Shown: in pieces, positions 51,681 to 64,000 of the stretch
Numbering within the stretch: position 1 is the first letter of the stretch
Layout of the letters: each line of letters begins with the position of its first letter
Assembly (NCBI RefSeq): GCF_006345805.1
Contig: NC_043003.1
Coordinates: 50,530,001 to 50,594,000 of the forward strand
DNA length: 64,000 bases
Origin: Octopus sinensis
Lineage: Eukaryota
Direction: 5' to 3'
Made by a program: the position numbers and the translations under genes
Notes under the pieces: generated by a model
Told to the model about the DNA's origin: nothing
Databases searched by the model: none
Seen by the model: only the letters and a program-made list of their open reading frames with translations

Positions 51681-52329
51681 ATTTCTTGGAAGTGTAGTCT
51701 TCCATCTCGTTGCTCTGTTAAAGTATTTGACAAAAATTTTATCACTGTGTCCATCTGATTAAAATTCTATTTATTTGTGCAGCTGATGATAGCTCTGCAT
51801 TTAAATTCATGTAATGATTGCATTGTTCAATTAAATGGAGGCGCTTGAAACGGTCGTACTGCATCACTTGTTGATATCCTTTTGCTAGTTTTGATTATAT
51901 ATATAGATATATATATATACCTCTTTTTGTGTTCCTCAGTTCAGCATCAGAATCATCACCATCATCATCGTCATCGCCATGATGAGGATGATAATGGTGA
52001 TGATGATGATGATCATCATCATCATCATCATCATCACCATCATCATTGACATCAAATTTTTTGCGTACCTCCTCGTCTTATCAACATTTATTATGATTTT
52101 GATGAATGTAACATCAGTTATATCTCAAACAATTTTTTTTTATTTTGTGACCTTCCTCTTTACCTCTTCTATCTCCTCCTTTCCTCCTCTCTCTGTCCTC
52201 TTTTTGTTTAAGGCCTTTGACTCTAGTTTTCTTGTTTCAGAATGGTTCCATCTAATGTTAAATGGCTCTACCACTCATCACCTGTTAAACAACTGCGCTT
52301 TTCCTTTAACTTCGTCACTCCCACCGCAT

Positions 52330-52620
52330 TCACTATTCCTCTTCAGCACCAACATCACTGCCACCTCCACCACTGCCGCTGCCGCCGCTGGCACTAGAGC
52401 CGCCGCTGCCACCACCGCCACCGCTGTCATTGCCGCCGCAGCTACCACTGCCGCCGCCGCCTCCACTACCACCATTTCCAGTTCCATCCCCTGCACTTCC
52501 ACTGTTAAAGCCACCACTACACCCCACGGCCACCACGATCACCACCAACACCAATATCAACAACAACAACAACACTACCACCACCACTACCACCACCATC
52601 AGCAACATAATCATCTACAT
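52330..52620. repeat. GC-rich (GCC/CAC/CAA)n low-complexity tract
   Basis: Direct inspection; the overlapping ORFs are homopolymeric. Confidence 0.85.
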
Positions 52621-53762
52621 GTCCCACACTTCTAACCTATCATCTACTATCTTTCATACACCCCAACGCTACATAACGCTTATTACCGCGAGACCGCTTC
52701 ACCCGCACCACTCCGAACCGTTTCTTCCGCCAACAACAACAGCACTGCAGTTACTCATCTTCATCGACACCCTTCCACTGTATTTCCCCTTCACTTTCCT
52801 TACCCACATAATTTTTTGTTTTGTTTGGTCTTCTTATTTTCTTCTATTTCCTAGTTAGTTTACTTCAATATACTTCCTCTTATATTCCTTGTTCATTTGA
52901 GTTACCCCTTAGCTTTCTCTTCTCCCTGACTTCCTCTAAACTGAATCCAAATTTATGAAGTAGCGCTGGAGGAAAGGGTGATAGTGAGAGAGGATGAGGA
53001 AGAGAGAGAGAGAAAGAGTAAGAGAAATGATAACAACATTGGAAACCAGCTGAAGGGTAGGTATAGGTTCATTTCTGTGATTCCTTCTGTCTTTCTCCCG
53101 TTTTCTCTCTCTATTTCCCCTTTTCTCTGTGTATATGTATGTATGTAGGTATGTTCTAAAATCTCACGAAGAGATATATGAATATGTGCATATGTATATG
53201 CGTATGTATGAATACATGTATATATATATGTGAATGTAAGTGTACCTGTCTACGTATGTATACATATATATATATGTGTATGTGTATGTATAAATATACA
53301 CACATATATATTTATGTATGTATATATATGTATATGTATTAAGAGAGAGGGAGAGAGAGATTTATAGATAGATAAATAGATACATACATACATACATACA
53401 TACATACACACTTGTAAATATATAATAAAAAGATTGATGGACAGTTATATAAAGATATTACATGCATACAAGTATAACTGAGAAGTAAAAGGATAACGCA
53501 TAATAATTCTTTACAGCTGTTTCATAAATTATGTGACTGCATGATGCAATAATGTACATTATGTAAACGGTTGTATATATCAATGCAACAAAACATAGCT
53601 AAAAAGTAAAATTTGATATTAACACATAAGTATGATACGTAAAAGAATTCAAACAATAAGCGTCATATCGCTGAAGCTTTTCAGTAGAAGGAAAGTATGT
53701 GCGGAAAAGTTTGGTAGCTGTACACTCATGCCCACTCACACACACGCACACATACATATGTG

Positions 53763-53795
<33 letters not shown>

Positions 53796-54181
53796 AGAAA
53801 AGTGAAAGGGTACAGTGAACTTGCCGTGAGGAGTGGAATATCTAACGTTTCGGATTAAATCCTTCGTCGGGGGGGAGGGGGCGTGGAAAAAGAGAAGATA
53901 CAGAGAAAAAGACAGAGTTTACATCCTCTCAGCTTGAAAAACTGACTGCACCTGATAATGGTCGCATAATAACAGAAGAAATAGAGAGTTTGACTAATCT
54001 TACTACTGGAGAAACTTTAAGATGACTGCGAACATGATTATAATTAATACATACGTAGTAGAATTCAACCCGTGTCCAAGTCTGACCACTTCTTAAACTC
54101 AGAACGTTGGGTTTTGGTATTATTCTTTAATTACTAAGCATTTTTTTGCCGATTATGTAAATATTCCAACTACGTATTAAA

Positions 54182-54745
54182 TAATCCTGTCTGCTATAGG
54201 CACAAGGCCTGCGATTTGGGGGAGGGGACTAGTCGATTAGATCGACCCCAGTACTCAACTAGTAATTCATTTATCGACCCCGAAATGATGAAAGCAAAGT
54301 CGAGCTCGGTGGCATTTGAACTCAGAACGTAGCGGCGGGCGAAATACTACTGAGCGTTTTGTTCAGCATGCTAATGATTCTGACATCTTGCCGCCTTACT
54401 ATGTATTTAATAATACTTTCTACTAAAGGCAGTAGGCCTGAAATTTTGAAGAAGGGGATAAATCGATTACATCGACCCCAGTGCATAATTGGTACTTATT
54501 TTATCAACCCCCAAACTATGTATATAATAATGACATTAATATACCAACAAACTAGCACTCATTTAAACACATGGTGGTTCTTCAGTGAACAAATTGCTTT
54601 ACAGTATTTGCCTTTCATCCTTTCGGGGTCGATAAGATAAGTACCAGTTACGCACTGGGGTCGATGTAATCGACTTAATACCTATGTATGTCCATGTTTG
54701 TCCCCTCTATGTTTAGCCCCTTGTGGGTAATAAAGAAATAAGTAT
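54182..54745. mobile_element. SINE family A cluster: minus 54182-54395, minus fragment about 54410-54520, plus 54608-54745
   Basis: Repeated atcgaccccgaaa..atgaaa core and both tail types. Confidence 0.8.
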
Positions 54746-55831
54746 ATTTTAACTGTGCCGTAAAAGCAAAACAGAAATGTAAAAAAGAAAAAAAAGAACG
54801 AATGAAAGAAAGAAAAAGAAAGCTACTTACATAAATTGAAAATATGAAATTGTGTATCTGTTCAATTCAAAAAGTTGGAGAATTATGTTTACTTTAAAAT
54901 TAGAAGTGAAAGATATTTCAGAAATTCAAATATTGGAAAAGAATCCTTACAAAAATTCGATTTCATTCTTCTTGTGTATGTGCATGTAGGATACCCTTAG
55001 CTCCATGCTCAGTTTTATATAACTATCTTAAAGATTTACTTATCACTATTTTTAAAGCGTATAAGAACTTTATTGAGATTGTGCTAGAAAATGTTTTTGC
55101 TTTTTGTTTTTTCTTCTTATACGTATACGTGTCTTCGTTCATTCAATAATGTATGAAAGAGAAAAAGGTGAGGAAAATTTTTTGTCAAACTTTACAGACG
55201 AAACATAAGACAATTTTCTTCAAGTGTATTTAATAATAGCATCACTATATCCGTAGGGACATGTGATTTCGACATAATGTGTCTCATCAGTGCAGACAAT
55301 GATATTGTTTTATATGTTACTTGTATAATTCTGGAATAAAATTGAATTAATAAACCAAAGAAGTAAAACATTTCTGGTTGTGATATTTTTTTAGTTTAAA
55401 ACGTCAAATACATATGTACAATTTCAAAATGGAAATTAAATTATATCCTTGTTCTTTGTTAGTTAAGCAGAGTGCAGGGACAAATACAAGGACTCATACA
55501 TTCACACATATACATACATATATGTGAGTGTGCCACTGTGGGTATACATATGGCTAACGCATATCACAAACACACACATGTATACGTACACATTTATGAG
55601 AGGCTTCCACACAGTTTCCGTTCACAAGATACATTCCGAAGGCATTGGTCAACCCAGAACTATAGAAAACGATACTTGCTTACTAAACAAGTTGATCACG
55701 ATGCGACCTTCGTCACTACACAACCATGCCACAGCCATACATATATACATGCACACAAACATATAAATAAACTAGATATCAGATATATTAAATATATTAA
55801 ATACATCAAGTACAAAGTATGTATGTAGTAA

Positions 55832-56043
55832 GGCGGCGAGCTGGCAGAAACGTTAGCACGCCGGGCGAAATACGTAGCCGTATTTCGTCTGCCGTTACGT
55901 TCTGGGTTCAAATTCTGCCGAGGTCGACTTTGCCTTTCATCCTTTCGGGGTCGATAAATTAAGTATCAGTTACCCACTGGGGTCGATGTAATCGACTTAA
56001 TCCGTTTGTCCCCTCTGCGTTTAGCCCCTTTTGGGTAGTAAAG

Positions 56044-56048
<5 letters not shown>
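55832..56048 (+). mobile_element. SINE family A, full length and well conserved, with A and B boxes
   Basis: ggcggcgagctggcagaaacgttagcac (A-box-like) and gggttcaaattc (B-box). The core gcctttcatcctttcggggtcgataaattaag resembles the Meta/MESC SINE core (inference). Confidence 0.92.
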
Positions 56049-56080
<32 letters not shown>

Positions 56081-56697
56081 AAATGAGAGAAAGCAAAAGG
56101 TGGAAACTTTCAGATGATGAATTTATATGTATAAATACATAGATGTCTATATTAATAGGTCCAACTTACACAGAGTACAAAAGGCAGAGAAAATTAAATG
56201 GGTAGAAGAAAGGAATTATAAGTCCAACAGCTGTTTCTGGGAGGGTCGGCGATCCATAATAACGTTGGTAGATTTAGTTCATCACAATATGCGGCCGTAT
56301 GGCTGCATTTACCATAGAGGAGACGAGCCTCCGTCATGAGGGTAGAGAATGATCCCGTGTAAAAACATCGGAGTCTAAGTTTGACTCTTTTGAACACTAC
56401 CAAGTGACTACTTTTATACGAATAGATGAGTCTCATCTGTGAACTATATATATATATATATATATATACCTTCGAAACGCAGAGTAGACGAAACAGAGAC
56501 AACTGAAGAAGGGGAATATTCTTTGTGTTGTATGTCTTGTACTCTGTTCTTTCGTTGTTTGAAAAACAGTTCGCTTTCATGTTTTTGTTTTTATGTCTTC
56601 ATTTCTCATTGTGTTCAACGTTTTTTCGTGTCCTGTACCCATATATGCATGTATATATGCATTTATATATATATATTATATATATATATATATATTA

Positions 56698-56756
<59 letters not shown>

Positions 56757-56809
56757 TATATAATATATATATATATATCTATATATATATATATATATAA
56801 ATAGTGAGA

Positions 56810-56990
56810 ATTTACAAAAAACGAGGACGGATGTGTAAGCAACAAACAGATGTATCAGTTTAACGCTCGGGAAATGAGAAAGTCTTTTACGTTTCGAGCG
56901 TACGCTCTTTGATAGAAAGGAACACAAAAATAAACAGGCTGAGAAAATAGAAAAAGGTTTAGTGGCTAACAATCCGTCGTGACGAATGCC
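56810..56990 (-). mobile_element. (TA)n-flanked repeat of the 20100-20260 family with a decayed hammerhead (56884-56919)
   Basis: Reverse complement: cttt CTATCAA a gagc gtac gctc GAAA cg TA aaag. Confidence 0.7.
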
Positions 56991-56994
56991 GGAC

Positions 56995-57089
<95 letters not shown>

Positions 57090-59230
57090 ACGAGAAAAAC
57101 GCCCCACATCCAATAGACGGTGATGAATCATATCTGCTAAATATAAAGCAATCAGTGTTTTCTTTTCATTAAAAAATAATTAACCATGCCTTTATTTCAA
57201 TAAAATTTTGGGTTTTTTTAAACGAAGTTAAGGCAAAAAAAAAACTTCTTGAGAAACAAAATAGTCTTTCCTTCCTTCATGCCAAGTTTGAAGAAAATAT
57301 CTCTTTTGCATCTTACATTTTTGGTCTTTTAAATATACTGCATTTTGTGGCATTATTTCAAGCCTGCCCGCTTTTTTTGCGCAAACTGCACGTGCATTTT
57401 TCTCGCGTACGCGTAGTATTGATCACAACATCTGATGAACTTGCGTGTACAAATACACGTTCACACGGCTTTATCGATCGTATTCTCACCTGGAATCGAT
57501 TTTTGCAATTTTTTCAAGACTTATACACGCCCTGATACCGTCGGTATCTACATATCAAATTTGAGCGCAGTCGGATGGAGGATGCCCGAGATCCTAGAAG
57601 ACACACACACAGACAGACAGACAGAACGGATTTTATATAATATATATATATATATAAGGGATTTGTCCTCACTCTGTTATTTATACAAATAACATATTAA
57701 CTATGCCCTTATGTTGTTCCTTTCTTCCTTTATTCACTTATTATATTATGAATTGTACACATGAGCATTTTATCCCTTAAATCGTAATATGACTATAATT
57801 TATTTTTCTTTGATGACCGATATTTTCCTTGCTTCTTCTAATAGATATAGCATTTTAATTCTGTAGTCTATATTATTACTCTTTTCTCTCTCTTTCTTCC
57901 TTTCTTTCCTTACTACATATTAAATTACCGTTAATGAAACTAGTAAAATTGAACGCTACTTATCTTAAAATATGACCAATAGGCTCTCTCTTTTATTTAT
58001 TTGATAACACAAAATAGATATAGGGATGCCAGTCTCTTTACTATTGTAAATACGTACGTATATTAAATACATTTTTATCTATTTATCTATTCACTATCGT
58101 ATTTGTAATTGCATTTTTATTTTCATTGAACCCCATTTGAGCATAAGCAAACTTTTGAATTTGAATCTAAGTAGTAATATATTTTTGCACAAATATATAT
58201 ACATATAAGTTCTTATATATATGTTTAGATTCTTGTGTGTGTGTGTGTGTATATATATATATTTATATAATTATTTGCTTGCGATTTCTTCATAGATACT
58301 TACATCTATTTATAATGTATGCGTATAAATATATGTGGGTATATGCGCAAGATGTGATTATTGCTGTGCACATTTATTTTCTATTCTTTATTCTATATTT
58401 TATATATATTTTGTGTATTTCTCTATGTAGAAATATTTGAACGTATATATATTTATATATGCATTGAAAATATATATATATTCTTACCTATTATTTTACC
58501 CATTTTAATTTTTATTTTTACTTACATATCTTTACACTCTTATTACTTAGATTTTTATAAATTAGTATAAATATATTTACCTTAGTAATAGTATTATAAT
58601 TAATTAAAAGTTTAATTAATGTATATTGTCTATATTTATACTTTTTAATGACTACCCAGAATATATCATATTACTTAAATTTTTATAAATATATCTACCC
58701 TTATATTAATTTGATACTTAAATATATAGTTTATTACTATATATTTCTTCTATTTATACTTTCAATGTTTACCCAATGCATCTTATATTATTTTTGTACT
58801 TCTCTAAGCATACTCACTTTACCCCCTTTGTAAGGTTTATACCAAGTTTTTCTATAAAACAATGGTCAGTTAGCCGATATGCTCCGTACACTTAACACAT
58901 AAAAAACATAAAAATGTAATGGTATATCTTTTTTTCTACCTCCGACGAGATTCAACTTTATAATGATTCGATTATTTGAATTAATTTTTAAAGTCTGAAT
59001 CGAAACAGCTGTCAGAGAATATGTCTATTTTTGTAATTAATAGATATAATTATTACTTGATTTATCTCTATTTTCTTCATTTTCTTATATATATACATAC
59101 ATATATATATGTATATATACAAAATTGAATAAGGGTAGAAATTGATATTAATCTCTTAAAACCAGTGGCCTAGCATATTTAAAAAATCCGAAGATTAAAA
59201 TATTTTTACATACAAAATTTAAAGGACTGA

Positions 59231-59388
<158 letters not shown>

Positions 59389-59430
59389 TATATATATATA
59401 TATATATATAATATATATATATATATACAT

Positions 59431-59698
59431 AAGTAATAAGAGAGAGACCACATGTGGTCACTCTAACGCTAGAAATAGATCCGCAAAGGGAATCCACCAC
59501 TAAAGAATTGTTCTTAAGCATTAATTCAACACGCCAAGAATGTAAGCGGGCAGGACAAATGAAAAATAACGAAAAAATAGATTAACTCTATACACTCGAT
59601 GAAACAATTGTATAGAGTTAATCTATTTTTCCGTTATTTTTCATTTGTCCTGCCCGCTTACATTAGAGTGACCACATGTGGTCTCTCTCTTATTACTT
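59431..59698. repeat. Near-perfect two-segment fold-back
   Basis: A (59431-59465), 73-bp spacer, B (59539-59594), 14-nt loop, B' (59609-59664), A' (59664-59698); one mismatch seen. Confidence 0.9.
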
Positions 59699-59828
59699 GT
59701 ATTAATAATTTTTACTGTATCCCAGTTTTTTACGCTAGTTTTGGTGTTTTAAATTGATGTTATTAATTAATATTCAATTTTTTTAACCCTTATTGTGATT
59801 TATATATATATATGTATGTATGTATGTA

Positions 59829-61448
59829 CAGTTGCGGTCAAAATGTTCAGAACGGCATTGTTTTTGTCAGAAAAGTAGATATAAGTTTTTATTAAAGTTG
59901 TTTTTTATTCTATAATTTTCACAGACAATAAATACGATATAAATTGGTATTGTCTGAGATTTTGGTGTAATTTAAGTGGATAATACAAAAGTTATGAATG
60001 ATATAGTAATTTACTGCAAAACCCATAGTGACCAAAATGATCAGAACGGTTGAAAAAATAACAAAATAATCAAAAAGTGACAGAGAATGCTGGAATTATT
60101 TCATATTTAGTGTGAAGCCCTTTAGCTTCAATCAAAGTTTGACATTTTCGACTGTATGGGGAAATTAAATTTTCAATTTCTTGCTGGGTGATCTTATTCC
60201 ATTCTTCCTGAAGGGCATTCCATAATTGCTCGGTTGTTTTAGGATTTCTGGCTTTCAAACGTTCTCCTAGAATATTCCACACATTTTCAATAAGATTGAG
60301 GTCTGGGCTTTGAGCAGGCCAATCCATAACAATAACCTTTTCAGCCTTGAGAAAGTTCATGACCACCTTAGCCTTGTGACATGAGGCATTGTCCTGCATG
60401 AATATGGGTGGTCGCTTAGTTGAATTTCTCAGCACAGGCAAGACATGATCTTTTACAAGTTGTTTATAAACTCCTGCATTTACCTTTCCATGTAATCGCA
60501 GCAAAGGGCCCTCAACATCTCCAGATATCATCTCCCAAACCATGACACTTCCTCCACCGAATTTAACACTAGTCTTAAGGCATTTAGGCGACAATTTTTC
60601 ACCTGCTTTTCGACGAACGTACCTTTTCGCATCTGAGCCAAATAACATAGACTTAGATTCATCACTGAAATGCACCATTTGTCATTTTTCTTGAGACCAC
60701 AACACATGTTCGGTTGCAAAGGTAAGACGACACTTTTTATTCTTGGAGCTGATCAGTGGCTTCACTGAAGGTGCTCTTGCTTGTAGGTTATGTTCAACTA
60801 AAGGACGAGACACAGTTTTTCGAGATAAAGTTTTCTTCAGTACAATGCTCATTTCCCGAGAAACAGCAGCAGCAGTTTTAAATCTGTCCTTTTTAACCAA
60901 CTTTACCATAGCACGATCTTCTCTCTTGGTCGTTTTTCTAGGCCTACCTGCAGACCTTCTTGCTTCACACGAACCACAATCACCGTAGACCTTAAGAATA
61001 CCGCGAACAACACTTTTGACTTGTTAACAATCTTTGCAATACTTAAATTATCCTTCTTTCGAAGCTTAATAATCTGCTGACCAATTGGTAACGGAGTAAG
61101 TGGCATTATATTAACAAAGTACACTGCAGATATTCTTAGGCGTGTTTAGTAAATGAACCGCCACGTAAACAAATTCAAAACATTAGAGTTCGCTGGTTAA
61201 ATATACTAAAACATGGAGTAAAAGCAACCGTTCTGATCATTTTGGCCGCAATGGGTTTTGCAGTAAATCACTAAATCATCCATAACTTTTGTATTATCCT
61301 CTCAAATTACACCAAAATCTCAGAGAATAACAAATTATATTGTATTTATTGTTTGTGGAAATTATAGAATATAAAACAACTTCGATAAAAAATTATATCT
61401 ACTTTGCTGACGAAAACAATGACGTTCCGAACATTTTGGCCGCAACTG
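59829..61448 (-). mobile_element. Tc1-family DNA transposon with 224-bp IR/DR terminal repeats and TA target duplication
   Basis: TA|cagttgcgg...ccgcaactg|TA. TIRs at 59829-60052 and 61225-61448, about 23 mismatches by hand count. Each has outer and inner caaaatg(t/a)tc(a/g)gaacg direct repeats. Confidence 0.95.
60070..61106 (-). pseudogene. Tc1 DD34E transposase, disrupted
   Basis: MPLTPLP...(frameshift)...GRPRKTT...WSQEK* then VHFSDES...FMQDNASCH...WPAQSPDLNLIEN; 34 residues between the second D and E. Confidence 0.92.
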
Positions 61449-61934
61449 TATGTATATATATGTATGTATGTATGTGTATGTGTGTGTGAGAGAGAGAGAG
61501 AGAGAGAGTACGTACATACGTACACACATATACATAGACGGAGAATTTAAGTGAGAAAACCAAAATGAAATTAGGGAAGGAATATGAAGGGTGGAAAGGG
61601 GAAAGAAGAAAAAACAGAAAGTGTTAACTCAGACAGCCATTCAGACAGATATAAACTCGAATATATAGACACAGTGTGAGAGATAGAGTCAGGGAGAAAC
61701 CTAAGTCAGAGTCTGACAAAATTAGACAGACATACAAAGAAAACTTCGTATTTCTTGGATTCTCTGCTGTAATCTCGTGTGTGGTCGACTGTCTTTGAAT
61801 GATGGCCTACAGTAGCAATAGAAGACAAACGTCTGTTTTAGATTGGTACATCACACGTGAGCTGATACAAAGCTTGCTGGCAAGAGAAAGACGACTCTTC
61901 AGACATATTGGTTAGAAACTTTAAAAAAAACAAC

Positions 61935-62330
61935 AATGACAAAAACAACAACAACAACATTATTAGCATACCACGACATTAACTGGGGTGGGAATAAGGA
62001 CAACAACAACAACAACAACAACAGCAGGAACAACAGCAACGATTACAACAGCAGTAACAGCAACGGCAGCAACCGCAGTAACAATAATAACAACAATCAC
62101 TACTACTACTACTACTACTACTACTGCAAATGTAAGAGTAAGTGAAACAGCAGAAGCCAAAACAATAATAACATCAACAACAATAGCGTATATAAGAGCG
62201 TGAGGAACAGTAACAAGAACAGACATAGACGCAAGAACAACAGCAACCATAACAACAACGACGACGACAATAGCAACAACAACAACAACAACAACAACAG
62301 CGTCAATGATGGTAACCACAACAATAAGAG
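61935..62330. repeat. (AAC/AGC/TAC)n low-complexity tract
   Basis: Direct inspection. Confidence 0.9.
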
Positions 62331-62726
62331 AAATTTGTAGCATAAAAATAGGAAAAACAACAGGGACAACAAGAAATGCTTGAAAAAATATTACATAAAA
62401 ATATTATAGCTTGGTCGGGTGAGGCGTATAAATAGTAAAAGGAAAAGAATATATGAGAATACACAAGGGAGAAAGAGAAAGAGAATGAGAGAGAGAAAAA
62501 TGGCGAAAGAAATAGAAGGAATTAAAGTTGAATGGGAAGGAAATAAAGCAAAGACACAATGAAAGAAGCAAGAAATAAACAAACAAAATATATGTAAATA
62601 TTCAGAAAAAAAAAATACCCGACCTAGCTGGAAACGGAAATATTGGTTTTCCTCGTTCCAACAGAGCGTCACGTATTTGTTGTTGTTGATTTCTTGCAAT
62701 TTGTTTTTTTCTTCTTGTGTGCGCGC

Positions 62727-62805
<79 letters not shown>

Positions 62806-62925
62806 GTATTCTAATTTTAATTTTATTTTTTCATTCTTTTCCTTTCCTTTTTTTTTCTTCTAGGTCTGCAAAAGATTTCCGAACAAAAAAAAAACATTAT
62901 CCTTTATATACTCTCGTTTTCCAAT

Positions 62926-62963
<38 letters not shown>

Positions 62964-64000
62964 GTTGTTGTTGTTGTTGTTGTTATAGTAACAAGTTCTT
63001 GGCATCAGCATTTAGCATAATACGTTAAACCTCTAACGTTGTGCCAGGCGGGTGGAGCAAATTCCATTTGAAAAGAATTCAGACAAAGTAAAAGTGGACA
63101 TTAATATAATTGATGCAGAATTTTAATGAATTTTTATGAATTCAAGTTACACCTTTAGTGATGAGGAGTAAAAAAATGTCATTACCTCAATGATTAACTC
63201 TGGTCAAATAAACCAGGGTAATTAACTTGCTAATTCTAATAACTTAATATGATGACGCGTACATTTGCTGTTAACGCGTAAGTGTATCCTAGAAGGGGAA
63301 AGCATTCAATGTGGGATTTAGTCTCGAAGAAATAGTTCTTTCTGTTGATTTTGTATGTAATAACACATCGAACCAAGATCCTGTGAGGTGGGTTTAGACA
63401 TGTGCAAGCGAAATACTATCTCTGGTAGTTCGCTAACTTTACCAGTTTAATTTTTTTTTTTAGGAGAAATTTTTCTCCGAGAAAATATTCCGCAGTAAAT
63501 ACATTTCTTGATCCAGTGTACAAGAACATGCTAAAAATAAATGTATGTAACTTTATTTTGATCGTCACCGCGTTTAAACTTATACTAAATTAAATTAATT
63601 AAGTTAAATTAAAAATAGCGGGAAGTAAGAAGTGACACCTCTAGATACATTTTAGCCTCATTAGTACTCTTCATCAAGGCATAGCCTAACCCTTAATGTC
63701 AGCTCTTAAAAAGAATCACTGTAGTTGATATACAATTTACTGAATGAACACCGAATGATATTATAATGTAAAAAGAACAACGGTAGAAAATACATACGTA
63801 TTCGTGCTGCTTAAAAATCAAAGACAATTAGTAAATGGTAAGACAACCAAGAATTAATAACTCTTATAATTTGATATGAAAATCAAATTATCGGCGAAAC
63901 CAGAGCAAAGTTCTCACTTCTCCACTAGACCTTTTTTCTGCTTCTTTTATAGATTCCTTAACAGATTCACTCTGAAACAATTATATTTTCTTTTATTAAA

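Noticed and set aside
51979-52858. 218-aa and 142-aa Ala/Thr/His/Pro-rich ORFs
   Set aside because: Trinucleotide low complexity open in several frames on both strands, with no domain signal.
55832-55925. tRNA-like sequence (also SINE heads at 1762, 24682 and 31116)
   Set aside because: It has A and B boxes but continues into SINE core and tail and gives no complete cloverleaf; these are SINE heads, not tRNA genes.

Overview
This is an AT-rich, microsatellite-dense eukaryotic window. I found no intact host protein-coding gene; nearly all ORFs in the supplied track are translations of simple repeats. The repeat content resembles an octopod cephalopod genome (inference, not checked by search). 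It is a graveyard of mobile elements: at least four tRNA-derived SINE families with shuffled core and tail modules, Helentron-associated (HINE/DINE-1-like) elements, and an almost complete Tc1 (DD34E) element with 224-bp IR/DR termini (59829-61448). There are also decayed mariner, Tigger/pogo, hAT, RTE, CR1, R4/Dong-like, LTR and Penelope-like (GIY-YIG) fragments and several fold-back structures. The most interesting signal is about ten minimal type-I hammerhead-ribozyme-like motifs from several short repeat families, most with a self-complementary helix III. They include an intact copy inside a TSD-flanked inverted cassette (44677-45302), one downstream of a Penelope GIY-YIG remnant, a family with a recurrent A6U core change, and a motif with no helix II. 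Together they suggest a retrozyme/Penelope-pLTR ecosystem. All calls are by eye and many boundaries are approximate.
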